Of a stretch of 64,000 bases of DNA, positions 34,241-47,400 are shown piece after piece. Source of the stretch: Raillietiella orientalis (Eukaryota); contig JAYWIR010000019.1 of the NCBI GenBank assembly GCA_036172245.1, forward strand, positions 3,410,001 through 3,474,000, written 5' to 3'. Under the pieces are notes generated by a model. It was given only the letters and a program-made list of their open reading frames with translations, was not told the DNA's origin and made no database searches. A program made the translations under genes and the position numbers. Positions within the stretch are counted from its first letter, which is position 1. Each line of letters starts with the position of its first letter.

Positions 34241-36110
34241 TGAAAGGAACGGAATCCACGAACCAAATTATGAACTTCAGATGAAAGCGGGATAATACGT
34301 TGCACGATGCTCCTAGCTAATCAAAATCATCGCATCACGAAAATCATCGAAACTTTAAAAAAGCTATGCTTCTTAAGGCAAAGCTTATACGGAAGGCATA
34401 GAAGGAAACGTGCAACAGTCAGGATTGCCAAACTATAATCTGGAACTATGCAGCCTTAGAAACATGGACATATCAGGAAGCTTTGTAATAATGGAAGCAG
34501 AGCGATCAGTAATTTTCATAATGATCTGAAAAACACTCAGCATTCTGAATTTGATTGGTTTTCTTCGACGGTAGCTTCAGGGAGCATATTTTCTCATACA
34601 GTGAAGCACTTCTGCTTCTGCCATGAGAGACAAATCGAACAAAATAAAAATGTTCTGTTCGATCTTTACGCTCCTATGCAGAGAAGAAGATCTGCAACAC
34701 AGAATTATTTTTTACCACTATTTCGAAAAAAAAAAAGAGAGAGAGAGAGAGAAGAGAAGAAAGAAATCATATGATTGGTTTGAAGGAATAAGAATACCAT
34801 TGAAAAGCTCATTCTTTCAATATTTCTGTGGACTGCATATCATAAGGGATCAGCTCTGAAAATATTCAGAGTGAAAATTCTAGAGCTAAAATCAGAACCT
34901 ATAGACAACCTTTAGGTGGTGATTTTTCATTCATTTCCTTTTAATTTTCCTCCCTGTCTATTAGTTATGGAACCTGCAATCGCTCGTCTTAACAAAGAAT
35001 TGAAACAACCTGCGAATTCGTGAGAGTCTGCATGTCTTCATTCTTTGCCAACTGTTTCTGATTCAGAAAATAGGCGTACCCTTTCCAAGAGTAGGAGAAG
35101 ACTGCTCGACTGAAATTTCGTTTAGGTTTCATCCCTGATCGTAATTATCCCATAAGAGACCGCTTATCTCATTAAGATAAGGAAAGGCGATCTTGGGGGA
35201 ATAGCTGCATAGGAAGTTTTCCATAGCGTGCAAATGTCTTTTACTACCGAAGGTGAATCTTCATTTCTCTTTCATTCGTCATCATTTCTCCCTATGACAT
35301 TTCATCATTAGTCGTAAGAGGCTCTCAGGATGCCGAAACTGATCAGGAGCACGCTACTTTCCTTATCCACCAGCAATCACGGGACAAAGAAATTTCCTTT
35401 CTCATTTTTGTTGTTTGGGCATCAGCCAAATCACAGCATCTTTCTCACTGATTAGTGCTCAAGAGAAACGGATGTATTGATTAGTAGAAAATATACGTGC
35501 AGTCAGAAACTTTTGCCTAAAGCAGTGTCTCCATTCATCATCTTCTCAAAGCACCCTCCTGCAATCTACGGCTGCCAAAAAAAAAAAAAAAAAAAAATAA
35601 TACTTCACGACTAGTAATTCAGTCAGAACGCATTTCAAGATTAGGAAGATTTTGAGATGTGACTCAAACACATATGCGACTACTTGTGCTGACTCTTTTG
35701 TTCGCTGCATGTGATACCATATTACTTGTTTCAGCTGGCACAGCAGGAATACAAATATATCATCTGCACAACAAGCTAAAATGCAATGGATATTGTAGAA
35801 TGCATAACACATTACTCGGTTACACATGAGGGTACACTGTGTGTGTAATGTAGGCATCAAAGCTCCTTTCTCTGGTTCCTTTGCATTTACTGCCTTGAAC
35901 ACGCATTTTATACAAATTCTGCACAGTGCCTTGTTCCGCATATGTTGTACACACATAGTGGAATTTGATATTGTACACTATATGCTCATGAGACGTAAAG
36001 AGACTAAAGTCCACTGATAGTATGAGCGCTGAGGTAGAGTTCCACGATTAACTCAACTTGGGTTTTGAATATTCGCTTCGAAATTTACCATTATTTTTTG
36101 TGTACTAATG

Positions 36111-37024
36111 CGAGGGGCATTTCAAAAGTAAGGGCCGATCGGATGTAAAGGAAGAAAGAAGAACAAACAAGAAAAACAAAAATGCCCTGGTTCGAAACAC
36201 ATACATTCCCATGTCATTTTTCCACGTAGTCGCCATTTTTCTTTTTCCAAAGACTTTCGATACTGTGGAAGAAGCTTTTTGGAACCGTCTTCATGAAATT
36301 CCTCCGCCTGGGAGTTCAGTTGGTTCAGCAGCACTGCGGTTTTCAGCTATTCACTTTCCTCGGGTCCTTGAAATGCAAGGTGCAGGAAGACGTGGTAGTC
36401 ACTGGGCTGGACTGAAGGTGGGTGATGTTGAAAAGTTCGCGTTCGAATTCCCGAATTGTCTGGACAGCCGTGTGTGGGCGTGGGTTGTCGTGAAGGAGAA
36501 CAGCAATTCCTGATCTCAGCATTCCACGTCGTCGGTCCTGCTGAATGGCACGCCGCACTTTTGAAAGTGTTCCACTGTGGACTTGCGAAGTGGTGGTTGC
36601 TCCAGGCTCCATGAAGACCACCAAAAGCGCACCCTTTTGGTCCCCCACACACTGCTGTCCGCACATTCCAGAAAGTTCAGAAATTCCAACAAGAACTTTT
36701 CAATATCACCCACCCCACAGTGCTGCCCAGTGACCACCACGTCTTCCTGCGCCTCAAGGGGTGGCTCGACGGTTCGAGGGGGAAGGCGAGGAGTGGAAAA
36801 CTCTGCGGTGCTGCTGAACCGACTGAACTCCCAGGCGGCGGAATTTCATGCGGACAGTTCCAAAAGGCTTCTGCCACGGTGTCGAAAGGGGTTGGGGAAA
36901 GAATGGCGACTATGTGGAAGAATGGCATGGGGATGCACGTGTTTCGAACCAGGAGGACCTTTTTGTTCCTCTTGCTCGTTCTTCCTTTCTATCCGATCGG
37001 CACTTCCTTTTGAGATGCGCCTCG
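36111..37024. mobile_element. Fold-back mariner derivative made of two inverted 3' transposase halves
   Basis: TIR CGAGGGGCATTTCAAAAG at 36111 and reverse copy ending 37024 followed by TA. Minus strand KGALLVVFMEPG...VLLHDNPRPHTA; plus strand PSDHHVFLRLKGWL and NGDYVEE. Confidence 0.88.
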
Positions 37025-37140
37025 TAGATGGAATTATGTGTATTGAATCATTCAAATAATGGAGCTGCTAATTGTGTTCAGCAAATAGTCGCCCGTTCTC
37101 GCCTAATTACAACTCGTCTTGCATATAATCTGTAACGCAA

Positions 37141-37162
37141 TACACACACACACACACACACA
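37141..37162. repeat. (CA)n microsatellite
   Basis: About 10 CA units. Confidence 0.9.
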
Positions 37163-37949
37163 TCAACATACTGTTAGAGGCACGAACACGTGTAGTCTCT
37201 AGAAACCTATACCAAACATGGGTTGAGGTGAAAATAAAATTACTGCCTTTTATACATGTATATCCCGTATACGCATGACAATATATCACATTTATATTCC
37301 ATAAGCGCAATGCGCCTGAAATGACATAAATTGCACAGTTCTATATATCACTATATAATAAGTATCATTGATATGTACGTTTATTGCCCCCATAAACGTA
37401 AAATGAGCATTTCTGTGAGGACCTCCTTACAACGAAGAGAGCAATCGGAAGCGGTTCTTTGAAAGAATATGTACAAGAGTCTTTTCTCGACGGGACATTG
37501 TATTGGAAGCTCTTGGAAGCTGTACACCTGTGCACACGTGCGAACACGGCTCTAACCCTGGGTGGAACAAAACGTTCTCTTGTAAGAAAGTTTCTCATCT
37601 CGGAGATGATGCTTGCTGCTTGTCTTCGAACAAATGTAACCAAATTCAGTGCTATTTTTTTAAAGTTACGAAGATTGATTTTATAATAAAAAAATAAACG
37701 CATGGGAACTGGGAGGAAACAGACCAGAAGGCATGACGCAGATCAAAAAGGGGAATCATTGATTGCCACATAAAATGAACGTGAACACCGCGAATACTTC
37801 TCTGAAAACGAACAGTAACTCTCAATCTCGAGTTATTAGGTTTTGACGAGGTGCACTCTTCAGCAGCTGATTAGTCCGCCGTCTCATAAATCCACAGCCT
37901 TGGGTTTCATCTATGGATAGCAAGCAACAGCATGGGAAAGAAGCAGGTC

Positions 37950-38417
37950 TCCTAGAGATGGAACGAGCGCTGACTATCTGTAAGCAGAGACTTTTTCCTT
38001 GTTGAATGGACGCTTTTTTTTTCACGTTTCAATTTGATTGCTGAAATTGCTTTTTTCCCCTTACTGCTTTTAGAAGGAAAAGAAGAAGTTGGTTAGAAAA
38101 CCAAAATTCATGAGCTCTTGGCTTATTGAGAAACCAAATACTTGCCTTCTTCAAAATACCTGGTCTTTCAGATTATCAGGAAAATCTGGAAACTGATTTT
38201 CAGATATCATCGAGAACACTTGATGCAAACTTTGCATACAAGCATCGATTTCCATAACATATTTTCCAAAATCATTAGGACTTCTCAACACCATTTGCAA
38301 CTTCATATGAACGTCTATGTATTTAGAGAGCCATTCACGAACTACACTTAGGCTCATGTAGCTCACTTGGCTTAGACTTTCATTCACAACGAAGAGGATA
38401 ACCTGCATGTTGGACAC
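37950..38417 (-). pseudogene. Possible Polinton small virion protein remnant downstream of the ATPase
   Basis: KKKASIQQGKSLCLQIV resembles KK.IL.Q.GGFL..LL found in small Polinton proteins; position fits. Confidence 0.35.
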
Positions 38418-38459
38418 AGCGATTACTTAGAGTTCTCTATTCCCTCCTGTTCCTTAGGT

Positions 38460-39330
38460 ATTAGAAAACATGTCATGGAGAAGATTTTATTTTGTGAATT
38501 CTTATCTTTCATTTATCCTCTCACGAGTATATATCCTCTGAATATAGCTTTCTCATGAAAGTTATACTCAGAAGACCCCAAGAAACTTTCGATGTACTGA
38601 AAATGGACGAGGTGAACGCAGGAAGGTTTCCGATAGACTGAGAACACCCTTGCCAAGTTGCTTGTGGCTGCAGGCACCTAATGCTGTACCAAATCAACAA
38701 CTACAAGTGGGATGAAGTCGGATCAGAATTTCCCGACATGCAAAATGAGCACCATGCTGGGAGCAAAAGCAGTGAGAGTGAGTCTCAGATTAAGACAAAA
38801 GGCAAATTTGCGACTGTTCCTAAACCACAAGCTGGGAGTTTGTTGTCGTTGTTTCGAGGTGGATTTCTTTATATTTCAATTTCTACTTTTTTTGCTCAAT
38901 TTTTTTCCCGTGCTAATCCACCCAGCCATTCGAGTCGATGAACGCCCGTTCACAGACGTCCATCCTCAAACAAAGATGTTTGGTGTTTTCTTAATGGAAA
39001 GAGTGTGGTGGTGTTGGATACAGATTCGGATCTCTCTTGCAGCATGCAATCTTCGATCGAAAAAATCAACTCTGCTGATCGGGTCACGGAAGTGTGCATC
39101 CAGGAGACTTTAGTAAGCAGGTTCTTCTCACCGTTTTGCCACTTTAAAAGAGAGACTGGCGAGATTTCGTCAAGCTGAAAAAGTAGCACTGACGCCGGGA
39201 ATGAGATTCGAGGCCAGCAGAGAGTCCAGTCTTCCACCCCAGACTATTGGAGAGGACCACGTCGGGTAATGCATTTCGAAGACTTCCTAAGATGATACAA
39301 GAACTGTCCGCTCAGGGTGGAATGGAGGGA
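38460..39330 (-). pseudogene. Polinton A32-like packaging ATPase remnant
   Basis: SSCIILGS (decayed Walker A context), LIFSIEDCML...TTLFPLRKHQ (Walker B LIIIDDLM...LFT..RHH) at about 38980-39072, SSHL*LLI (NSHYLVLF), GYILV (GYLLID) at about 38522-38537. Confidence 0.6.
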
Positions 39331-39459
39331 ATAATTAAGCAGCGATCGTCTGGAAAGTCATTTCGAAATATAAAACCAAAAATGAAGAAGAAAAGAGAGA
39401 CACTGTGAGAATTCCTTTTGATCTCTTTTGCACTCAGCAAAGATTCCATCACTTCTAAT

Positions 39460-39620
39460 TATCAGAGTTGAACAGGAAACCTTCCTGCAACTCTGATAAT
39501 ATGTGTGTATCGATGAATTTGAATAAATATGCATGTTAACATAAATATGTATTCAACATATGCATTTGTATTTAAGATGTTTCGGGATTTCGGCGTTTGG
39601 GATTTTGATCGACCCCAACG
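39460..39620. mobile_element. MITE end fragment, same family as 58815-59390
   Basis: TTCGGGATTTCGGCGTTTGGGATTTTGA matches TTCGAGATTTCGACATTCGGGATTTTGA at about 59350-59380. Confidence 0.5.
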
Positions 39621-41039
39621 AGGATTCTCTTCGTGGCTGCGACTGGATTCTTCTGCTGTAATTTTAATGGACACGGAGCCACCCGAATCTTGACGCGGAG
39701 AGGTCTCTATGCACGATGCAACTTTTCATCATTTCGATCATATCCTTCCAGCCAAGTCTGGGAGCTGGCTGGGCTATTTGATATCTCTTTCAGTTATCAC
39801 TCTCGTAAAGGTCGTGCATGGTGTCGCAATTCCATCGCTTCGCTGTGTTGCATTAAAGGGATGAGATAACTGAAAAGCTCCAAGTACCAAAGAACATTTT
39901 GCTGTGATGCACTCCTCATTTTTTAGACTATTCCAAAGATGATAGCTCTTCCAAGACATTCATACCAAATATGAGAGATTTTAGCAGCTTTCTAAAAGTG
40001 CATCCAGGGAATAAAGACAGAGATCCACGGGTTCTGGAGGGTATCGGAAAGAGAATATAAATGATTTGCAGGACTCGAGTAACACACTTGGAGAAATGCA
40101 AGATACCCGTTGCTAGGGGAGCAATTTTTTGGCACAGTGAAGCAACGGAGCTGCACACACTTTGTTGACAGCTTCCATCTCTTCATCTTCCGAAGATCTG
40201 TTTCTTTTCGACACAGTCACAGGACACAGAGGATCCGAAAGAAGAGAGATGTAAGATTGGGACGCTCAGAAATTCCAGCAACACATTTCCGTGAGAGTCT
40301 CGGAAGTGTGATCAATCGAGAGCATTTCAAGCACACAACTTTTCTGATGGCTGTTCCTGCAGGATGAAACGTTCTGATGTTTTCGAAGATCGATCCAGAG
40401 ATACTCTGGACTAGTAACATTCGAAGGGGATAGACGAGATTTTCATCTCTTTGACAGCTAAAGGAACCAGCAAAATCACTTTTCTATTCGAAATTCCATA
40501 AGAAAATCACTTCCACGAATCATAGCGGGAAAAGCTGTTGGGACAGAGTGTCATCAAACAGAGTAGTTGCTGGATATGTGTAGACAGCCTTTCTCTTCTC
40601 CTTCCCCGATACATTCTCCAGTGTTTAGGAAACTGGATTCAAGCAACACCCATCGGCAGATCAGTCCTTGCAGAAGCCTTGCTTCTCGAGAGAGAAATAT
40701 CGGAATGCTACTAATTGGGAGAATGAGAAAGAAAGAAAACGAAGGAAAGAAAGAAACGGCTGCTGAGGAAGAGGAGGAACTCGAAGCACGCAGGGAAGTG
40801 TACAGTGTGCCAAATACAAGCGTCTCATCAAAGCACAAACAACAGCAGTGTTCGAAATATTAGCACCAATGCCAGAATCCGAAGGAAAAAGAAGAGAAAA
40901 GAAGAAATAATAGAAATGAATTGCCGCACAACCGAAGAGGAAAAAGTAAACAGATAGTGGTCTTAGGAAGGAAGCAGAACCAGCCTAGATCTAAGATGAA
41001 GCTAAGAAACTGAGAGCCCTCCAAGGCGAGATGTTTGGG

Positions 41040-42240
41040 GCGTACGCCAAATGACTTAAAGGAATCCCATATCAAAAGAAGATCATATTTTTCTCTCAGT
41101 GCTTCGAGCCATGGAGCATCCTCGGAAAGATGGGTTCAGTCTCAATGATCGCTGCTCCTTTAGTTCTGTTGCACGAGGCAGACTATTATCCAGGTACGCT
41201 TCTTCAGATTCTTCTCATTCTTGATCACTGCTTGCACAGATCCCTTCCCCCAAAGTCTACAATTTGGAGAATTGAATTCTGTGCTACTCGTTAACTACTT
41301 AGAGATTTCTTCTCTGAAATTCAAAGATCAACAATTCGGAAGAATGATGAGATTTCGTTTCGCGATGTTCCCTTTCTCTGACATTTTATTTTATTCCTAT
41401 CCTATTCATTCTGAAAACTGGAAGCTTCCTGTTCTTTCTGGAACAACTATCCATCTTTGTTCCATGAGGAATGGAAAAACCTTCAAATTGCCTTTTCCTG
41501 GAACCAAAGACGAGTCGGCATAATTGGCATTCGTCTTTCTCTCTATGCTATGTGGGGGATTATAGGGAACGATCGTTCGATCTTATCCGTCATTCATTTC
41601 TTTTCAGAGACCACAGTATCGTTTCCTCCTTCTTCCGGAACGAAGAAAAAATTTCAAGAGGAAAAAAAGAAAAAAGCACCGAGAGCACGCTTCCGATGAG
41701 CCCAGTAAATTGACATCACGGGGTGAATCTGATAAGTCAAATCGCCTGCGCGCACTTTCGTGACCCGAAGCTCAAGAGTGGATTTCCAAATTCAAGATTT
41801 CACGCTGCGGAGCTGCACAGTTTCCCACTAGTGCTTTTATGGAACCATTATTCCTGTTCGTTTCCTTTTGTTCAGGACGATGGGCATAGACAATGGGCGG
41901 CAAAGGGAACGGTCGAATCTCCGCTTTTCCACGTTAGCTTGGTGAGTGAACGTACCAAAGAGTGCTCGCGATCATTTCTCAGCAGCGATCAACTGGGGTT
42001 CAGCTGCTCTTCCGTTTACCACCTGCAATATGAACCCCTGCGAACGCGAAATGCGTCCCAGTCCATTGCTGAGAGTGCATCTGGCACGTCATCCTGAAGC
42101 AGCCATTCGCGACTCATCTACTTGGTTCCTTCCGTACTTTCGATTTCGAAACGGAGAAGAGATTGGCAGAGCCCTTCCTGAGAGGATGCGTTCGAGGGAA
42201 CAGGAGACTGAGGGCAGCGATTCCTCCTCCTCATGGAAGA
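41040..42240 (-). pseudogene. Polinton retroviral-like (rve) integrase remnant
   Basis: SREWLLQDD (V.EWL..QD), ILQVVNGR (LQTDNG.EF), FGTFTHQANVEKRRFDRSL (ST...KA.VERFNRTL) at about 41903-41960, RKRQFEGFSIPHGTK (K..FEKGY.PNWT), and a chromodomain-like YDLLLIWDSF. Confidence 0.65.
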
Positions 42241-42819
42241 ATTAGGATGCCATCGGAATACCTAGGAACGGGGAGGAAGAAGCCACGTATGCGCATTCCT
42301 CACCACATGTGGCCATCCTTGCTCTGCTCAGAATGGATGCTTCCCATCGCCCGCCCACAGATCACTAAGCGTGGTGCTTCAGCTCTGGTTTCTCTTCCGT
42401 ATGTGCTCACGGACTTCAGGAGCTCTCTGATGAGAGCACCGACGTAAAAAAAAGTGCTTCCCTGATTGTTAAGAAGACGTGCCGAAGCGTGCAAGGGTTC
42501 AAGCAGGAGATCTGCACGCGGTCATAACTGTTCATGTGAACCGAACCGTCATGACCACGTCGGTCCTCTACATCTCCCTCTTCTTCACCGTCTGCTTGCT
42601 TGTGAGCTCGCACAGACTTCCATCTTGGATGCGACTTCTCTCATGCCCACAAAATTCTTCTTCATCTTTTTGGGGGAAGGGGGGGGGGGGGGCAAATCCT
42701 CAACCAGAAGGGGTTAGCCTCGATAGATGGCAGTGCCGTGGCTGCTCTACCAAGTACAACATCCCGGTCGTAACTCAGTCGCCCACAGACGATTTGTGAC
42801 ACCTCCGAGTTCGCATACG

Positions 42820-43600
42820 GGTTGTGCTCGAGAACGGTCCGGGTGAGAAAAGGGAGAGAGCGCGTCCGTAGGCCGAGCCGCTCTGCGCGCTTCCCGAAAG
42901 GGGAACCACGATTTTCGCTTGTCCCCTGAAGTGGCAGAAGTCGGCATTTCTGGTGTTGCACTGTGTTCTCCCCAGCAACGCCCGACGATCTCACTGGACC
43001 TGGGGTGCTTTGAACCCGAACTGTGTCAGGTGCGGGGAACAGGAATCCCTTCCACACCTGCCTCTTGACTGTGTTGCCCTCTGGTCCCTGTGGTTGCGAT
43101 TCGCAACGTCCCTAGGTGCACAAACGAACAACCCCAGGGACATGCTAAAGCATCTCTTTGCGCAAGACGCCCTTTCGACTGCCGCATCCTCTTTGCTGCT
43201 TACGCGGGATCGTGGCAGCCTGGAGCTTCGCACAAGAACGACGGAATGAGAAGGGTGTCATCTGCTTCGCCCTGTGCTTCCTGGGGACGGCAGCTAGATG
43301 GCCCCCACCTGCGGCATACTCAGATGGAACTTGCTGGCATCCTGGAAAGGATGCAGAGGACGCCCTCCAGCAGACATGATTCCTTCTCTAACTCTCCTTT
43401 TTTTGTAAATAGTGTCTTTTATTTTTTTTTGTGTTTGTCCCTTCCGCTTCGCTGCCGAGTCGAACTCGCCGGCCTGCGTGCCGGCTACAAGCAAAGTTCC
43501 TTGGCAAGTTCCAAAAAATTGTCGGACGGTGTGGGGCTAATGGCCTTACACATGTTTGTTTATTTTAACAATAAACGCCCCGGAGCACCCAGGTGTTAAA
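42820..43600 (+). mobile_element. 5'-truncated Tx1/L1-clade retrotransposon (copy A)
   Basis: Zinc knuckle CVRCGEQESLPHLPLDC; HWTWGALNPNC and QDAL align with copy D; AATAAA at 43570. Confidence 0.8.
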
Positions 43601-44999
43601 CGAATTTCGCTTGCAGGGGCTTGAGACGGCAGCGGCGGCGGGACCAGTCCCTGGAAGATGGAAGGAACGTTCCCAGCACGTCTGATTATCCGTCCGACGC
43701 CGGAGGTACGACAGCATCGCTGCTCTCGGAGAGAGAGGATTCTGCCTCTCAGAGGCATTCGGACACAACCCGGCGGATGGCGGCTTCGCTCGGCTGGCTG
43801 CCCGTTCCACCGAGAGGGCTTGTACCAAACGTCCTAACTTGAGGCTCCTCTTGCACTGAGCAGGATGCTCCCATCGCGACGACTATTCATCAGTGGGACG
43901 AGACTTAATCCCGTCTCACGACTGTCCTGAAGCTTCATCTGAACTACATTGAACAGATAGAGGGTCCCAATTCTCGAACCACAACCACCAACAATTCACA
44001 ACAGTGCGTGAAGGGAGCGAACGAACCATGGGATGACCTAGCAGAGCTCCAAACAAGCACCCCAAATCCATCCAAAAAGGAGAAAACAGCTGTTGCCTGC
44101 TGCGCTGCATGTGAATAAATTCTTTCTCTTCACGGGAAATTGCCGGAGGAATTCGCAATCATCTGCTGCATCCATGACTTCTTCAGCACATCCATAGCTC
44201 AACTGAACGAAAGCTGCTCACGAAAGTTCAAGGAAGGCTTCTTCATCCTCTTCTCCCGGTCCCTCCTTAACTATCCGAAAGCTCACTTCTGGACGAACGG
44301 AGAGATGCCGTCGAAAACCTACACTCTTCCCCCCATTCCCCCTCTCGATCCTGAAAACCAGCAAGCAGGTAGAGAGGAACTCTAGAAGATTCGGAAACGG
44401 TTCTGGAAGTCTCCGTCTCCGGAAGAGAGAGCAGCATCTTCAGATTCAGCGCTATCGCGGGATGAGGCGCGAGGGGGGCACTTGATGTTTCGAGGAGGAA
44501 CGTCCCTGATGAGTCGCGTCAGAGCGAATGGAAGGGCGTTCGAGGACACTCCTAGGCGGTGACCTGTGACTCCCGGCAGGGATATACATCCGGCAAGAAA
44601 TCACGGTGAGCACTGTCCTGGTGGGAGCAGGTTTGGTGCGGTTTCTTTCGAAACGCGCTGCATCACCAAGAGAAGGCCCTTGTTCTGAGGCCACAGAAGA
44701 CTCCTGCAAGCTGTTTGCAAACTATTGCTCGTGTTTATACCGTCAGCTTTCGATAAAAGGCAACTCTCGGACTGTGCCTTTGGATTCTGGATACGACCTC
44801 ACATCTCTTTGGAAGCCAAAAAAGAAGGTCCTCAACGTAGGTGAGCGTGTTGTGATGTGCATTTTTATTTTCTTCGTGTGTTAATGTCCATGCCTACTTG
44901 TACGAAGTCTAAAGCATGTATCAGGATCCTCAGAGTCTTTTGTACACTCTGGAACGATGTTTTGAAAAGTTCTTCCCTATGCATACTGGTTGATATCAA

Positions 45000-47400
45000 C
45001 CTTTTATTGCTTATATTTACAATTATACAACACGTTATAGGGGGTGGAGTCTTGGCATTCTTCCCGAATTCCTTCTCTATTCATCTGGGGTGCTCGTCGT
45101 CCCTCAACCTGTTGCTTCTTTGGCTACTTGCCCTCCGTCTCGCGAGAGCTGATCACTGGGGTTCTCGGACAGCATCTGACTGTCGGTCCTTCTTGTGAGC
45201 TGTATAGATGTTGCTGGAGTACCGGATGCATAAAGTCATGATCCGATGCCTCATTGTACACTAGAGTAATGCATTCCTAACCATGCGTCCCGCTGTACAT
45301 GATGGCACTGCCTGAGGATATGATACAAATTGAAAAAAGAAAAAATCCAGGTGCAGAGCCTCCTACGCAAAGCCTTGTGCGGCGCTGAAAGGTCCCAGAT
45401 CCGATTGAAAGACCCAGTAGCGTCGCGCCAAGACGCTGGCTTGGGCGTCCTGACCATCGACAAGATCGGACTGCAGGTGCAGTTCCGACTTCTCTTCCTG
45501 TGTGGGAAACTGTGATCTTCGCACTGGTGTGCTCCGGCAGCCACATCCTTTAGCGATGCGTTGGCAGCGCAGGGCTTCTTTCGCTACACCGAAGCACTGG
45601 ATTCGGCAGCTACCTCATGAGACATCTGTCCTCATTACTGTTAGCTCATCCGTGGATCTCTTGCCTCCCCATAAACTGGAATGCCTGGCTGCAGGAGGCT
45701 CTGGAGTCCTGGGCTGATGGGGACTTTGGAAGTTTGCGCCGAGGTCCTGCGACGGCTGCAGGGTCTCTTGCGCAAACCACTGGGAGATCTCCTGCAGGGC
45801 TGGTCACAATGGTCCCGGTTAGCCGGCACACTCCTCGCTGCAGCGCTGTCTGCCTTCGGGGCAAGCGATGACAGCAGCCAACCGGCAGGGTGGGAGCATT
45901 GCAAGAGTCGAAAAACTTCTGGACGGCTGCAAGACGAGCGAGTTGGTGAACGCCGCCACTTCTCGTTTCCGGGCAAAGGGACTCCTTCAGTGAAATGATC
46001 TTAAATAACTTGCGTTGCCTTCCCTCTGTGTGGAACCTTCGTGTTTCTGCTCCGGTGGAAATTCTCCGGTTCGAGGTGCGGGGCGATGGAATGGATCGCT
46101 CCCTCACCTGCTATTGAACTGCAGTGCGCTCGCGGACTTGTGGCGGAGACTCTCTTCGCCACTCCGTAGACTGCAGAAAGTTGCAACAGACTTGCTGCGG
46201 CGATTTTTCACGGGAAGCGGAGTGAAAAAAGGTGCGGTGATCGCAACGGTCGGTTGTATCCGCGCCATAGTGACAGTCTGCCATCTGCTGGAATCCAGTT
46301 CGCGGCAAAGAGAGGCCACGAGCATGGCAGCAGCCCTCATGAGGACAGTAGCAAGGTGGCCTCATCCGCCTGAAGAAGTCGCCAGCATCCACAGTCGTTT
46401 CTGAAAATTAAGGAATGTTACATACCAAAGATCCTTGTCCTCACCCTCCCGTCTTCTTTATTTATTTATTGTCCCCTCCCTCCGTTCCCTAGGTTTTGGA
46501 AATAGGCTTGCGTGCTGGTGGTTATCCCGGGCAAACTTTTCTTTTTTTGGTGTTTCGTGTTTCTGAGGGGATACTTTTTCCCTCCTCCTTGTATTTATTT
46601 TGTTCTTGTTTCAAAATGAATGTCCCGAAGCAACCGGGTTCAAACATCGTCACCAAGTGCTTTTTCGGAATTCCAAGATCCTGCAGGAGTTCCTCGTTAC
46701 CTGGATCCCAGGCTCCCAGAGAGCCAACGATGAAAGCATGAACTCTACATTGCTTCTCTCCGCTGCTTAGCTGTAGGGCTACTTTATACATTTCCTGTTT
46801 TTTCCTCCTAGATGTGCTGAACGCCTCTTTTCCACCTTCGAATGGACAACAGACCTCCAGCACTATTATCCGGGTTTCTTTCTTCATCACTAGGTCCGAT
46901 TTTAAGAGGGAATCCATTCCTAGCGCTCTCTGGCTAGTGGACACTAGGGCCACTTTGCTTCATCCACTGCGGCCATGCTAATCATTTATCGAATCGTCTT
47001 ATGTCATGCAATAGACAGATGAGTGAGGTTTTTGCATGTTTGATATATGAGACACCGTTTCTGTCCGGCAGCAACGAAATGCGTATTCTGGTTTCATCCT
47101 GGGCCCTACCCTGACTGGTAGGGCATTTAGTCGGGCTGCGTAGATGAATCTGTAGTCCTGGAATCCCAGGTAATCTCCATTGATGACGAAAAAGCCGTGT
47201 TTGCTCCTTTGCTTGGCCTTGTTTGCATTTGTTCGCTTCCTTGTTCTGGTCCTGCAACTGCTTTTCATAGCTGTGAAATAGAAGATGAACCTTCCCTATG
47301 CAAAGGAAATCAACCGTCCGGTGTTGGTTTCACGCAATGCCATTAAAGTGACCCATACGGGGGCCGCATCAGATTATGAAGACGTGAAATGCACCACCTG
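45000..47400 (-). mobile_element. RLE-type non-LTR retrotransposon remnant (NeSL/Utopia-like), interrupted by Tx1 copy B
   Basis: DYRFIYAARLNALP, decayed CCHC (CCRTETVSH), KSDLV...VLEVCCPFE...KK..MY...AFIVGSLGAWDPGN; C-terminus AIMYS/DAW resumes left of 45330; AATAAA on minus strand near 45003. Confidence 0.8.
45345..46644 (+). mobile_element. 5'-truncated Tx1/L1-clade retrotransposon (copy B)
   Basis: IRLKDPVASRQDAGLG, HPWISCLPINWNAWLQE and SLPHLLLNC align with copy D; core nearly identical to copy C. Confidence 0.85.

Noticed and set aside
44488..44542. CTGATGA within a hairpin, hammerhead or box C-like
   Set aside because: No GAAA after stem II, no third stem or cleavage triplet, and no box D.
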